Positions 1 through 14,789 of a DNA stretch of 64,000 nt are shown in pieces. This DNA comes from Basidiobolus meristosporus CBS 931.73 (Eukaryota; Fungi; Basidiobolomycota), in NCBI GenBank assembly GCA_002104905.1, contig MCFE01000297.1, forward strand, positions 37,212 to 101,211, in the 5' to 3' direction. The notes beneath the pieces were generated by a model, which saw only the letters and a list, made by a program, of their open reading frames with translations, had not been told where the DNA came from and did no database searches. The position numbers and the translations under genes were made by a program. Position 1 is the first letter of the stretch. The number at the start of each line of letters is the position of its first letter.

Positions 1-712
1 GCCACATTGAGCCATGAGTGCCAAATGATGCAATAGTGTGCAAGGGAGGCCAAGTGAGCCTACAATTGGCCACAGAGTGTGAAACATAGATCTACATCTT
101 CATGCAAAGTAGGCCCTGTGTCTCACTCATTGTGATGGAGAAAATCCATTTTTTGACGTTTTTTTATGGATCAATATTGTACAGGATGTGCAAGAGCACT
201 AAAGGATTGAAGATATGCATCTGGTACTCAATACCCATGGCACTCTGAATCTAGCTCCTGTGGCTTGTAACATGTCACAAAAATGCATGGCACTATCTTG
301 GTCTGCTGGTACTATCTGGCGCCATAAGTGCTTTGTATTGATCTTACTTTAGGGCTTATATTTAAAATAGTACCGGATAGTACCAGTGGACCAAGATAGT
401 GCCATGCATTTTTGTGACATGCTACAAGCCACAGGAGCTAGATTCACAGTGCCATGGGTATTGAAAACCAGATGTATATCTTCAATTCTTTAGTGCTCTT
501 GCACATTCTGCACAATATTGATCCATAAAAAAATGTCAAAAAATGGATTTTCTCCTGCATCATAGGTGAAACACATGGGATGCTTTGCATGAAGATGCAG
601 ATCTATGTTTCACACTCTGTGGCCAAGTATAGGCTCACTTGGCCTCTCTGGCACACTATGGCATCATTTGGCACTCATGGCTCAATGTGGCACTATCCAA
701 CAGAACAAGTCT
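1..712. mobile_element. Foldback MITE, copy 1 (left tip cut off by window edge), inserted in a Ty3 5' LTR
   Basis: Two long inverted arms around a short central loop; right terminus GGCACTATCCAACAGAACAAGTCT followed by ATT. The uninterrupted LTR near 4790 reads AGATAT-ATT-AAGTGGG, so ATT is the target. Confidence 0.9.
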
Positions 713-923
713 ATTAAGTAGGATCTTGTTGGGTGATGATGATGCAATCAATTGAGTTGATGGCCACCACCTACATTAGGAAAGACAATTGGCTGGCAAC
801 TTATGTGGCTAAATGTTTATAAGGAGCTGCAGGAGCCTCAATAAAATTCAGTTCATGTTTTAGTGAATTTAATACTAGCTAAATCTATTTTCCTTTACAA
901 CTTTTATACCAAGACTTAAGACA
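713..923 (+). repeat. 3' part of 5' LTR of Ty3/Gypsy element 1
   Basis: Colinear with LTRs at 4632 and 6524; has TATA-like and AATAAA motifs; ends ...AAGACA immediately before the PBS. Confidence 0.85.
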
Positions 924-924
924 T

Positions 925-935
925 TGGTAGCAGAG
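925..935 (+). promoter_or_regulatory. Primer-binding site, tRNA-iMet type
   Basis: TGGTAGCAGAG one base after the LTR end, complementary to the eukaryotic initiator tRNA 3' end (CUCUGCUACCA). Element 2 has the variant TGGTGGCAGC at 6894. Confidence 0.8.
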
Positions 936-1071
936 ACAACCAGAATCCTCCTCCCTGAGGAAAGAAGCCACCCTCAAGATGTCAGCAAATCAAAAATGGA
1001 AGTATTCTATGCAACAAATCCTGGCCAAAAAGCAACAGTTACTGCAGGTCCTTAGCTATTAGCAACAAGAA

Positions 1072-4000
1072 ATGACTACCATGGCTCAAAGCCAGCAAAA
1101 CACTGTCCAGAGCAACTATAGTGTGACAGTCAACTGGTACCATGGCAGAGTGAATGAAAACCTTGGAACCTGGCTTTTCCAGATTGAAGAAGCTTTTAAG
1201 ACTAGGGGAACTTCTCCAGAAAGCAATTTGCATTATGCCACTTCCTACTTAGCAGATGCAGGTTTACAGTGGTATCACAGCAAGATCAGGTCTCCCACCA
1301 TGATGGGATGCTCTACAATCTTTACCTGGGATAAGTTTGTGTTGGAAGTTCAGGATACTTTTGAACCTCCACACCAGCAGACACTACTCAGAAGGAGGTT
1401 GAAGACACTCAGACTGATTGCAGTGGTTCAAGAGTACCTCCATGAATATAAATGTCAACTGGGACAAACTGAAAGAATGGACCCCCTGAATCAAGTTGAA
1501 TACTTTATTGTTGGGTTGAAAGTAAGAACTTGCAAGGAAGGGAATTATCAAAGCCTGCAGACTATTGAGAAGCCATCAGATTGCCATTGACTATGACTCA
1601 GCAAAGTTTGTAGTTGGGAAGCCCATTATGACTAATCCAATAGGCCACAATCACCACAAAAGAAGACAATCAGAAGCAGTGCCAGTTAAAGTAGAGTCCA
1701 TGCAAAAGAATCCCACTGCAGAAGAATGCAAAAAGAAAGCACTTTGCTTTAATTGGCATTAGCAAGGACATATTGCAAGCTACTGCCCTCAGAGAAGAAA
1801 TACACACCAGTCAACAAGAGCCTCCAACCATTTTGAGGCCCGTGAGCATAGTAATATGAAGGATGAACTTGAAGTAGTCTCAGTACTCACCTTCTATATG
1901 ACATAAGAATACCTGTCCCAAATGACATCAAACTTTGGAAGGCTATTATACCTTAATGGGGTAATCAACAGAGTACCAGCCAATATCAGTATTGGCTCAG
2001 GAGCATCCCATGAGTACATGTCAGAGCAATTTGCCTTCAAAGCTGGGATCAACCCAGTACTCTAAGCCTACTACCTGTCATGTGGATTATACCATTGACA
2101 CAGGAGATAGCCCTCAAGTGAGTAAGACAACCTAAAGAATGAATCAATTGGAGTTGAAAGAAATGTAAAGACAAATAGATCAACTACTGGAGTAAGGATA
2201 TATCAGACCCAGTAAGTCACCTTTGGGAGCACCAGTACTTTTTGTGAAAAAGAAAGATAGAACACTTAGGATGTGCATCCAGTACCAAGCCCTTGACTCA
2301 GCTACCATGGAAAATGAGTACCCCATAGATTGGACTGATGAGCTTTTGGTCCAACTCAACAGAGCCACCATATTCAACAGGATTGATTTCATTTCAGGAT
2401 ACATCCAGATAATGGTGAAGCCAGAAGACATCCCAAAGACAGCATTCAGGACCAGACATGAAGATTACAAGTACTTAGTCATGAGTTTTGGCCTTTCAAA
2501 TGCCCCTGCAACATTCCTGACCTCAATGCACACAGTCTTCCAGGAGTACTTGGATAGGTTTGTGGTAATCTAGCAAGATGACCTACTGATATACAGCAAG
2601 ACAGAATAGCAACACTTAGTGCACATTGAAAATGTCTTGAAGAAGCTAAGAGAGAACAAGCAGTATGGCAAGCTAGCAAAGTGTGAACTTTGAAGGAACA
2701 TCTTGAGTACCTGGGACACAGAGTGACTAGCACAGGAGTTACCTTGAATCTCAAGAAGGTTGAAGTCGTTAAGAATCTGATGCAGCCCCATGGATAGCAG
2801 AGCTCAAATCTTTCCTTGGAATGGGTTCCTATTATTGGAGATTTGTCAAGTCCTTTGCATGTATTGCAGCCCCTTTAACTGATGTTCTCAAGAAAGACAA
2901 TACCATGAAGGGGGACATTGCCTTTGAGACTGCCTTTCAGACACTCAAGAATGAACTTGCTAAGCTGCAAAGCTTAAGAATCCCAGACTTCAGAAAAGAG
3001 TTTACTCTGTGCACAGATGCTTCAGACTATGTAATTAGTGGAGTACTGCGCCTAGAATACAAGGGAAAAGACTACCCAGTTGCTTTTGAGTTCAAGAAAC
3101 TGAGCTCAGAAGAACAAAACCATCCAGCGCATGAGGAGATGCTTGCCATAATACATTGTTTAAAGACTAGGTGATGTAATATTGAAGGGGCCAAGTACAC
3201 AATGAAGACTGATCACACCTCACTTATGTATATATTTACTCAGAAGGTACCATTTAGAAGAATGACAAGATGGTGTGAATACATTCAGCAATTTGACTTG
3301 GAGATTGTCTACTGCCCTGGGAAAAACAACATGGTTGCTGATTCTTTATCAAGACTAGAACATGTTGCACACCTCAGCTTGGCCCATATATCATATTGGC
3401 CTAGCTTGTTACCAAAGTACTTTGAGGACCAAGCCATTCCTGATGAGATGCATGGAGAGATCAAGATGATAATCCAAGATGAGGCCAGCAACCTTGTAGT
3501 ATAGGATGAAACACTCTACCAAATTATTGAGGGAAGCCCTATTGCTTATTACCCTTATGTTGCTTGCCAGGATTTAATTCATAAGCTATACAATGGATAT
3601 GGACATTTTGGAATTGAAGGAACCTATAGCCTTGTGAAAGCCAGAGCATGGTGGCCCAGAATGAAACAAGATATTGAGAAGCTAGTTAAAACATTCCCAG
3701 ATTGCTGTATCAACCAAGGCCAACTGCAGAAAATTGCCAAACTCTATCCCCTGGAGCCTGCAAAACCATTTCAGAGATGGGGAATTGACTTTATTGGAGG
3801 ACTATCAACCACCAAGAAATGCGACCAATGGATGCTAGTAGCAATTGACCATGCCACTAAAAGCAGTGCCTGTAACTGGAGAAAAAGAAGTAGCAAGTTT
3901 TGTCTACCAACAGTTCCTTGTGATGTTTGGATGCCCTGTAGGGACTTTATTCAATAGAGGAGCAAACTCTATGGCAAGGACATTGGAAGCATACCTGGAA

Positions 4001-4621
4001 ATACAGCAGATCAAAAACTTGAAATAATGGAGTCACTAAGCAGCTTAATGGATTATTTGGAAAAACGCTAACCAAGTATTCAAATGGAGCTGTCAGCAAA
4101 TGGGATGAGTATATTGACCAAGCACTTTTTGCCTGCAGAGTTAGAGTTCACAACACCACCTAACAAATGCCATTTTGCTTAGTGTATGGATGCAAACCAA
4201 GAATTCCAGGAGATCTCACACAACTAAAGCTTGCATATGCCTCAGAAGATGAGTTTGGTCAGCCAAGTAGACACCAGCACCTGGAACAAAGTCATTAAGA
4301 GGCACAGGCCAAAGTATTCACAGTGCAGAAAAGATGAAGAGATTTGATAAGGCTATTTTACCAGAAACATTGTCAGTTGGGAACTTTGTATTACTGAGAA
4401 ACAACACTTGGAGGAAGTTTGAGCCTCAACAGACAGGACCATTCAAGATGATCAACAAGTATCCATTTGCAACTTACCAACTTGTGGACAAACAAGGGAA
4501 TATCCAGGAAGATTTAGCTCATAGAGACAGACTCAAGCTTACAAAACTTGCCAAGAATATTGAACCATTAAGATATTGGTATCACAACAAAAGAAACTCA
4601 GGAAAACCCTCTCAACTCTAG
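1072..4621 (+). pseudogene. gag-pol: Decayed Ty3/Gypsy gag-pol (capsid, CCHC, protease, RT, RNase H, integrase with GPF motif)
   Basis: ORF fragments carry GAPVLFVKKKD..LRMC (RT), LCTDASDY (RNase H), TDH.SL / GKNNMVADSLSR, PFQRWGIDFIG and TGPF (integrase). Many stops and frameshifts; protease-RT linker deleted relative to element 2; PPT AGTAGGGGAGAA at 4620-4631. Confidence 0.95.
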
Positions 4622-4631
4622 TAGGGGAGAA

Positions 4632-4898
4632 TGTTATGGTCTGCCACTTAAATGTTTAAGTTAGATCAGCTTTTAGTCAATTAGTTTTATGTTTAGCTTA
4701 TCAGTGTATTTTTGTTGTCTACCAAATCAGTGGCATTAGTGAGCAAATGTATCAGTAGATCCTTATCAGACAGAAATAGATATATTAAGTGGGATCTTAC
4801 TGGGTGATGATGATGCAATCAAAATAGTCATCAGCCACAACCTAGATTAAGATATATAATCAGTCAGGATTTGATATGGCACAATGTATATAAGGAGC
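4632..4898 (+). repeat. Truncated 3' LTR of Ty3 element 1
   Basis: Starts TGTTATGG right after the PPT; homology to the 6524 LTR stops near ATAAGGAGC. Confidence 0.85.
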
Positions 4899-6523
4899 CC
4901 TATGAAAAATAATTTGGTCCTGTGGGTGGATCCAATCCCTGTCAGCCATCAGAATCCTGCTAAGTGACCTTCAAAGCACCAGCAGCTTGAAATTTGCAAC
5001 CATCTTAACAATTTTATGATGCAATCACAACAGGGCTTTGCTAATTATACTACCAAATAAAGTTATAAAACTTGACAAGATTTGATTGGTTCTATGGTAA
5101 TAATCACATGGCATTGTTGCGGTCTTATTGTGCTCTGTAACTATTTAAATGGATCCAACCAACAAGGACATCCAATTGCCCAATATGGCAAGAAACCTGA
5201 TGGTATTTCCATGACCTCACAGCAAGATTCTAATGGCATTGTAATGGCAATATGGCAGCTTACAGCTAGAACTATATAATGCAACTATACTAAGTTACCA
5301 AATGGTATTTCCTTTTTGAACCTCCCCCGGTGCAATTCATATATTCCACTGTAGGATCACCCCTCTTTATTTGCTTACCCACTACTACCTTGTGTATTCC
5401 ACATAGAGCTTGAATTAAAAAAACTATGACCTCCTGCTTACTAACCTCTACAAACACGCACACCTGCTGCAATTGACAAACTTCTATCACCTAAACTTTA
5501 CAGGTTATTAGTGTGACACTTGCAAAGTTGCCATTTATCTTGTACTGCTGGTAACATATACATCTTGCAAACATTAGCTTGTTTGTTGCCACATTTGCCA
5601 TGAATACCTCCAAAATATGCACAAGGAACTTCTTGGTATTTAGCCAATATATTCCTTCTCCCTGCTGGATTCTAGTCCCCATTATAGGTGCACTCTGTCT
5701 CTTGTTTGTGTGAATTCCATATTGTATAATGTAGAGTTTGGCTTGTGACCAAGAGAAATTTGACATATCTTAGTAGAGTTTTCCTAATAAAAGTTAGATG
5801 CTTTGTGCACCCAGCCCAACTTTGCATTACTTAACTAATACCCATGCATTGGGGCTGCTTAGCTTCTTAATGCCATAGGCATAGGTGTCTCCATGTGCAC
5901 CTCTGTCCTCAGTGTTTTCCAACTCTTCCTGACTGTCCTCTATGTGCCAACTCATCACATCTATAATGGACTTGGAGGTAACAATCTTGATGAGATTGGG
6001 ATATAGTAGTACCTTCAACTTGACTTGTCTTCCTATCTCCCCCACATCCACTTAGTACAAAACTCCCAAAAGATGAAGCAAAGCCCAATGTTATCCGCAA
6101 ACCATGCAAGATCAAGTAAAGAATGGATACAGTAGTGGCAGAGATCTACATGTTCAGCTATATCTTTAGGTATAGCCGCTCAATTCCTGTCACAAACTCC
6201 TTGCACAACAGCTGTAGATGTGTCATATTGGCATTAGTGCTCTGTTTATGGATAAATATTCCTACAATTCCCACATATAGCTCCCAACGCTTCCAATGTA
6301 CTCTTGGTAGGAATGGCTTCAGAATGCCACTTTAATAAATACATATCCAGTTCATCCAGTCTTTGCGCTGGTATTGTTGCATATGTATATGAATATTGAT
6401 TGGAGCCTGTGAGAAGTATTTAGAGTAGCAAATACTCTGTAATATCTTGCCAATTTTTTTAAATTTCTCCGGTATCTCAAAGGGCTCATTTAACTTGATG
6501 GCCATTTACTGTTATCCTGCTGG

Positions 6524-6892
6524 TGTTATGATCTGCCACTTGAATGTTTAAGTTGGATCAGTTTTTAGCCAAATCAATTAGTTATTTGTTTAGTTTATCA
6601 GTATATCAGTATTATCTATCAGATTTGTTGCATTACTCAGCAAATGAATCAGCAGATCTATATTGGACAGAAATAGATATATCAGGTAGAATCTTATTGG
6701 GTGATGATGATGCAATCAAATGAGTCATTAGCCACAGCCTACATTAGGAAATAGAATTAGTCAGTAATTGATCTGGCAAAATGTATATAAGGAGCTGCTG
6801 GAATCTCAATAAATATCAGTTCAAGTTTTAGTGAATACAATACTAGCTAAACTCGCTATTCCTGTACAACTCTAATACCAAGACTTGTAACA
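6524..6892 (+). repeat. Complete 369-bp 5' LTR of Ty3 element 2
   Basis: TGTTATG...TGTAACA termini, followed by PBS and gag. Confidence 0.9.
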
Positions 6893-7043
6893 TTGGTGGC
6901 AGCAATAACCAGAAACATCCCTCCTGAAGAAAGAAGAAGCCTCCCTCATGATCTCCAAAAATCAAGAATGGAAGAATGCTGTATAACAAATCCTGGCCCA
7001 GCAGCAACAGTTACTCCAGATCCTTAGCCAGCTGCAGCAAGGA

Positions 7044-9001
7044 ATGACTACCATGGCCCAAAGCCAGCAAAACCCTGTCAAGAGCCACTTTGGTGTGAAG
7101 GTCAACCTGGAACTTGGCTCTTCCAGATTGAAGAAGCTTTCAAGGCTAAGGGAATTGTTCCAGAAAGCAATATACATTATGCAGCCTCTTACCTGGCAGA
7201 CACAGCTTTACAGTGGTGCTACAACAAGATCAGGTCAGCCACCACAATAGGATGTTCTACAATCTCTACCTGGGATGAGTTTGTGTCAGAAATTCAGGAT
7301 ACCTTTGAGCCCCCACACCAACAGACACTACTAAGAAGAAAGTTAAAGACACTCAGACAGAAAGGAATGGCCCAAGAGTATATCTATGAATATAGATGTC
7401 TACTTGGGCAAATTGAAAGAATGGACCCTCTGGATCAAGTTGAATACTCTATTGATGGGTTGAAAGAAAGAATTTGTAAGGAAGTGAATTATCAAAGACC
7501 TCAGACTATTGAAAAAGCCATCAAGATTGCCATTGACTATTACTCAGCTATGTTTGATGTTGGGAAGCCTACAATGACTAATCAGAGAGGCTACAATCAC
7601 TATGAAAGAAGACAATCAGAAGCAGCGCCAAAGGAAATAGATGCTATGCAGATGAACCCTACCTCAGAGGAATGTAAGAAGAAAGGACTTTGCTTCAACT
7701 GCCACCAGCAGGGACATATTGCAAAGTACTGCCCTCTGAGAAGAAATGGACACCAGCCATCAAGAACCTTTAACCATATTGAGGCCATGGAGCATAGTAA
7801 CATGGAGGACAAACTTGAAGAAGACTCAGAACTCACCTTCCATATGACAGAAGAATACCTATCCCAGGTGACCTCAAACTCAGGAAAGCTATTGTACTTG
7901 AATGGAATAATTGATGAAGCACCTGCCAAGATCATGATAGACTCAGGAGCATTGCATGAGTACTTGTCAGAGCAATTTGCTTTGAAAGCTGTAATCAACT
8001 TGGAACCCACCAAATCAACTTCAGTCTCAACAGCTGATGGGAGCTCTCACATAATCAACTGTATTACTCAGCCAGTAAGGATGAAGATCAATGACTATGA
8101 AGAAGAGCTACAAGCCTATATATTTGGGAACTGTAAGTTTGACCTTGTACTTGGGAAAGCCTGGCTATTTTGTTGTAATCCATCAATCAATTGGAGAACC
8201 CATGCAACTCAGATTCAGAAGGACAACAAGACTTATGAGCTATTACCTGCCAGACTGGATTTTAACTTGGTCAATTCCAGTGTGTGTTAAACAAGTGAAC
8301 TTAGCACAACATAGTTCTATAGAGCACTAAGAAAAGGCACCCAGATGTTTCTCATGGTAGTATTACAGGAGGATTCCTCTACTCCAGTACCCCAGAAGGT
8401 CCAGACTCTTCTGAAAAGTATTCAGACATATTTCCAGAAGAGCTTGTAAGCCTACCACCAATCAGAGAGGTGGATCATACAATTGAAACAGGAGATAGCC
8501 CTCCAGTTAGTAAGACACCTTACAGAATAAGTCCATTGGAGTTGGAAGAGGTGAAGAGACAAATAGATCAGTTACTGGAGCAAGGATGTATCAGACCCAG
8601 TAAGTCACCTTGGGGAGCACCAGCACTTTTATGAAGTAGAAGGATGGAACACTTAGGATGTGCATTGACTACAGAGCCCTGAACTCAGTTACCGTCAAGA
8701 ATAAGTACCCCATACCTTGGATTGAGGAGCTTTTAGACCAACTCAATGGAGCCACTATTTTCAGCAAGATTGACCTCATGTCAGGATACAACCAGATTAG
8801 GGTGAAACCAGAAGATATCCCTAAGACAGCATTCAGGATCAGATATGGACATTATGAGTACTTAGTCATGAGTTTTGGCCTCACTAATGCCCCTGCAACA
8901 TTCATGACGCTGATGCAGACTGTCTTTCAGGAGTACTTAGACAAGTTTGTGATAATCTACCTGGATGACATATTGTTATACAGCAAGACAGAAGAGGATC
9001 A
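7044..9001 (+). pseudogene. gag-pol: Ty3/Gypsy gag-protease-RT of element 2, truncated after the YLDD motif
   Basis: CFNCHQQGHIAKYC zinc knuckle, MIDSGA protease motif, [19 protein letters not shown]. Homology to element 1 ends at ~9001, followed by unrelated sequence. Confidence 0.95.
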
Positions 9002-9431
9002 TTGTCATAAAGCTGGTCAATAATCTCAGAGGTATTATGATGGGAATTCTCCGCATATACAAAGTAGCTGCTCTTGATCCACTTTTCAGTTTTGCCATCA
9101 TATTCCCATTGCCCTTTTGTATCCGCACAACATACAAAATGATTTTCTTTTACTTCTTTCATCCCAGCATTGAGCATATTCTGTAAATATTATGATAGAA
9201 AACATCACTGCCAAAGATTCAGAGGTGCTGCAGGTCTGTTTTTGAGCTTGTGTAAGCTTTGAAGGGTGAAAATTCATACAGTGCCATTATGGATGTATAC
9301 AGTGTCAGCAACTGATTGAGCCCTACACCTGCAGTCCACACCCTTATCATGTAAATCTTCTCATCCATACTATTGCACTATTTGCCTATTTCACTACTCT
9401 ATTTTGTTGTGGAATATATGGAATAGCGGTG

Positions 9432-9765
9432 TGTTTGATATGAGCTACCATCAGAATGTTTAACTGAGATCAGTTTTTAGTCAAATTAGTGGGTTTGAGG
9501 CTTAACCTATTTGCTGATCAGTGTTATCAATCAAATCAGTTGTATTAGTTGTCAGATGAATTAGCAGACCCTTAGCAGACAGATATAGATATATTAAGAA
9601 AGATACAATAGGCTGATGAGGATACAATCATATGTGTTATCAGCTATAATCTGTATTAGGAAATCAATGGGTCACAAATTGATCTGGCTAACTATGTAAG
9701 AAAGCTGCTGGGACCCCAATAAAAATCAGTTTGAGTTTTAGTAAATACAATATTGGCTAAACTCA
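9432..9765 (+). repeat. Diverged, 3'-truncated LTR of the same Ty3 family
   Basis: Colinear with the 6524 LTR (GATCAGTTTTTAG, AGATATA, GATACAATCA, AGCTGCTGG..AATAAA) but visibly diverged. Confidence 0.75.
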
Positions 9766-11624
9766 AAAAAAGGAGGGTTTTTTTACAAAGAGGGGCAAGG
9801 TGGCAAAGTGTGATAAGAAATGTGGTAAAAGATAGGAAAATTGTGCTCATAAAATATGGTAAAAAATGCATAATTTTGAGTTAAGAGAGATACAAAAGTT
9901 GGCTGGATATAGTATGGAAGAGGAGGGGGTATTAGAGATAGGTAAATTCCATGAACTCCTGATGCTCTGCCTAGCTTGTTTGCCACTTCAATGTCACCTA
10001 CACAAACTCAAATTAATTTGGATGAAGTAATTGCAACCAAAAATAAGTTAATTTTTTGCCAATTGGTTCATTTGCTCTATACAAATGTATACTAGTCTCC
10101 AGTGCACATCTTCAAGTCAGTATTATCAGTTTCAGCACCTTTGATATTCTCAAGTATAATGATCCTGCATTGTAACTTGCTTACAGTGTGATCCCTTTTA
10201 CACAAAGCTAAGTTTGGTCCATAACCACTCAGAATTGAGGAGCTGAGATTTGTAAGCACAAATTTAGTCCCTGAGTAGTTTCTTTACTCACTATGAGTAG
10301 CCTTTAGCTATTTCACTCCGTAGTTGCTGTTCACAGCACCGGGCCGGTTCTGGGCTACAGCAGTCATATCTTGTTGCTGCTGGCTAAGCATCTGGAGTAG
10401 CCAAATCATCTTCACCCAATTTGATCTTGCTCAGTATATCCCTATTAGTGTGATAAGAACATGCTGACTCATCCGCTAATTAACACTACTTATTTATAGA
10501 ATACATAGGTATATTGATAGGCCCAACATACAACTACTAATTGACAAAAGACTGATGCTGCTTAGATAGCCAAGTTGCTGTTTGTAACAAGGATACTCCA
10601 TATCTAAAGCATATTACTGCTATCCAAGAGCCAGCACTGAGTACACCTCAAGTGTTGAAGATGATTAAGTTATCAGCAATACAACTGGCTTTTTTAGGCA
10701 CAATAAATGGTAATACTCTGACATTTGTGAGATCCAGAGTACTTGGCCACTATCTGCAGCACATTGTTTGTATTCAAACACTGATACTGACAATGCCATC
10801 TTTCCATAGAAAAACTGATCAGAAATTTCATGCAATTGCAATCAAGCTGGAGAGTCATCATTTAGTAGCAAGAATACTCAATTAGTCAATAATTGGGAAT
10901 CTTGAGATGGAAGTATTTGGCTCACCATATAGGTCTCTGCAACCACTGTATCCATTCCCAACTCCATTTTGTTTGGCATGCAGTGAAATTGCAAGAACTG
11001 CTAACTTGCAACTGGCTCCATATGCCAATATCATGAATTTTATTACCTTAAGGCTAATATGATTACAAAGAGTTAGCTTTTAGGGGATACTTAGGACATG
11101 CCAGAGCTGTGGAGGTAGGGACACAACTACCTCTGATACCAAGGAGCTAAGTGGTCCTGGGGTTGTTGTAATTAGTCACATAAGTATGTTAGATATCACC
11201 AAGGCAAAGTCAATTTTGTCATCTTCTAAAACCAATTTCAGATGAAGTGAACAAAAGGGCACATAGGAATGAAACTGTGATCCAGGGGAAGAAGAAAAGT
11301 TGTCTTGGTACTCCACAGTGCTTTACAGAGACTCTAAAAGTGCACATTGCTATAGTGGCTGCAACTAAGCATATAACGCCAGATTAATATGTAAACAGCA
11401 ATACCAGACATGGGGCAGCTTTACAAAAACACAATGAGAGGTTGTATGGCCAATGTGACAGGAGTTTTGCACCTGCAGCAGATATGCATATATGTAGTGG
11501 TTAGTTATTTGTGGCCTTTGTACTTATTAATTGAACTATATATCAAAAACCAATGTGCTTTGTCAATAGAAAAGTGGTGGTTTTTGTTTCATCTAGATTG
11601 CATTCTTGAGAGCCTTGCATTCTC

Positions 11625-11897
11625 TGTCACAACTCTGGATATAAGAGTTGTAAAATAAAAGAGATTTAGATAGTATTAAATTTGCTAAAACATCAACTGA
11701 TTGTTATTGAGGTTCCAGCAGCTCCTTAAATACATCATGCCACATCAGTTCCTGATTAATTATTTTCCTGATATAAGTTGTGGCTAATGACTTATTTCCA
11801 TGCAGCATCATCACCGAATTAGATCCCACTCAATATATCTATTTCTGAGTGATAAGGATCTGCTGATTAATACTACTAATTTAATAGATAACACTGT
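11625..11897 (-). repeat. Inverted partial solo LTR of the same Ty3 family
   Basis: Reverse complement aligns to the LTR 3' three-quarters and ends ...GTTGTGACA. Confidence 0.8.
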
Positions 11898-12240
11898 TCA
11901 AATATTAGAGAGGTATGTTGGAACTGAAATGGATAATTAGAAGACTTACATGATATTTACTTGTTGATTTATGGAGTTGCAACACAGTATTTTTACTTAT
12001 TGCAGAACTACATGAAATAACTACTTGTTCATTACTAGGGAGTCTCATCAGTACATGTGCTGAGTTTCAGCTTATTTTGACAAGTTTCAGATTTTCCTAA
12101 AATTTGGAACTTCACTAATTTCTGATAATTTGAAAATTTCTCACAAACTAATTTCTAGGTTGATACTTGGAAATATGCCATTTAAATAGGTGCTAGTTCA
12201 TAATATACTAATAACTAGGTGGACTGCTAATAACTTTAAC
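11897..12240. repeat. ~345-bp direct repeat, copy 1 (partner 14790-15135)
   Basis: Shared blocks such as ATGGATAATTAGAAGA.TTACATGATATT and TTTTGACAAGTTTCAGATTTTCCTAAAATT. Confidence 0.85.
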
Positions 12241-14789
12241 ACTCCCACTCACATAATTTATTCCTGTACTTTTGAACTTGCTATGGTGTTGTGTACCTTG
12301 TGGTTGAAATTAAACCTTCAATTGTCCATTGTACCTATTGGACTGATGTTTTCTCCAATATATGTTAAGGATTGCATATTGTTTGTAATAACCAAGCATA
12401 AGTCCATATTGTTAATTAAATACCTCAGATCAAATTACTTCAGGTCTCAATACTGATCCCATCACACAATATCTCCTGATGAGTATTATCCACTTGATTG
12501 GAGGAAACCTTTGAGATACTGATTGTATCCCACCGTGCTTTCTATTGTTAGATAGCTACATTCTCAAGCTCTCTGTTGTCCCTTACTTGAGTAAAAGTGG
12601 TCAATCATTGGTGAACTCAAGGTGAGGTCTTCTCTCCAGTAGATCTGGATCATTCACAGTTCCAGTAAATTGTAAAATTCACTTAGACTATCCTCCATAT
12701 ATCCATAAATGGATCCAGATAATAGGTTTTCTCATATACACCATATATGATCTGCTGAGACCAACAAATGTTCAGCATTGTAGTTGCTTTTATTCTTCAC
12801 TGGGTGATCAAGTATTTCCTCCTCAAGACTAGAGCTTTGAATGGTATCTAGCCTAGGTTTTCTTCATTCCATATCTGGTATATTGTACTCCCACTGAAGC
12901 TACATCATCTGGTGCTTCCTGCCTTGTAAAACTGACTTAGATAGATTATATACATCCTTCTGATCTAGACATAACCTTCTTGAACCAATATTTTAGTCAC
13001 AGCACTCAGATCTTCCGCTTACATCTTGATAGGCTGATTTGGTATATCAGAGCACCATAGCCTGAGTGTTATCTATTCATGGAGGCTTCATCCTAAAAAG
13101 GATGGATCTTTTCACATATACCATTGAACTTAACCCTTACAACTGGATCAGGCACTTTCCAATTGTGTAAGTCTTCCATAACAGCCCTGATAAGCAACTG
13201 TTACTTTTGATAAAATATTACAGCATAGAGCTTGACTGACAGTGCTAATGGGCAGGCCCATGATCTTCTGCACCCATTATGATCCTTAGGTTGGCCCTTG
13301 ATACCACTGTTCTAGCTCCAACTGCAAGGAAGTTGACTTCATTATTCAGAGTAATTGTGACATTGCCTGTGAGTATGTAGGCTCCCTTGGACAACTCTGC
13401 TGCTTTCTCAAGCCTTAGTACACCATTACCCTTTTGGGATAGGATTGCTGGATCCTATCTGGTGTTCTAGATAGTCCAAATCTGGCTTTGGTATCACCTA
13501 ACTCCACTTAGAAACTGAAAACCTATTGGCAATAGGTTTTTGTTCCATAACTGGTCATAAGGATGCATGTTGCTGTATTTTCCTTTTTGGTCTAGATCTG
13601 GATCATGCAAGTAGCATATCCACAGTTTGTCAGATTCTCTAGAGTGCTTAGGAGCCTCCTGTCTTCAAAGCACATTTATTCTGGGATGTTTCACTCAAAT
13701 CAGTGATCCATTTAGATCTGTCATGACTTTCCTCAGGCTTGATCAAATTTGATTAACTTAACTTCCTTAAAAAGGCATTTCTCTCAGTATGTTGGTAGCA
13801 GATCTCATCATTGTAGCTTGACCGGTAGCTGGAAGCTGTAAGTAAGTTGATCTGATTATATTAGCAAGATTAGCATCACATCTATGTTAATATGGATGAT
13901 TTTTTATCTCTGTATGTATGATATATGTACTAGTGTAGGGCAACTAGAATACTCCTTAATAGTGCTTCATATATATTCTATAGTGTATATAGAGACTATA
14001 TGCATATACTTTGGTTAAGATCTCTAGTAGCACTTTTTTTGATGGTAGTAGAAATTCCATGTTTAGACATATATGGGTATATCTCCTCCCACTGTTTCTG
14101 ATACCTAATTTAGACCAGTAGCTTGTCTTATTAGTGTCTCACAGATCCTCAGGATTATTGGTACTGAGATAGTACCACTGGTATACATGTGTACCACTCC
14201 TAAGTTAACATGTCTTGGATCAATGAACTTTAGCCAAATATATATATATTATATTATACATCATTCTGATCCTCAGAGTTTAGGCAAGCTGATCCATATA
14301 TCTGTCTGCATATCCAACTCCAAACTAGGGCAGCAGGTAGCTCCAAAGTGTTTGCACTTCATTTCATCCCATGTGGCTACAGACTTGTGTAAATTCACTG
14401 CAACAATGCAAGTACTTCATTGACTGAAATAGTCTAATCCAAGCCCAGGTATATGTAAATCTTCATTATAGCTCCTCTATATTATGATAGTAGGAATCAA
14501 AATATTAATACATTTACCATGTGACAAGCCTTCTGCACATTTCATAAATTGAAGTTTGTCCAACATGACCTCCTTGACATATGACCTTTTTCATTGCTTA
14601 GTGTCTTCTTTAAGAGTCAAGGCTTCTCTCTCCCTAACAACATAGCCCATATAGCAATTCTTTGCAGTGGCAGTACTTTTTTATCTTTTGTAACTTCAGG
14701 TAGACAAGGCAGTCTTTGTCTAGAGTAAAGAGACATCACTAGAGCAATGTAGACACCCAAGATATAGCAAGTGTGGGGCTGATAGCTGG

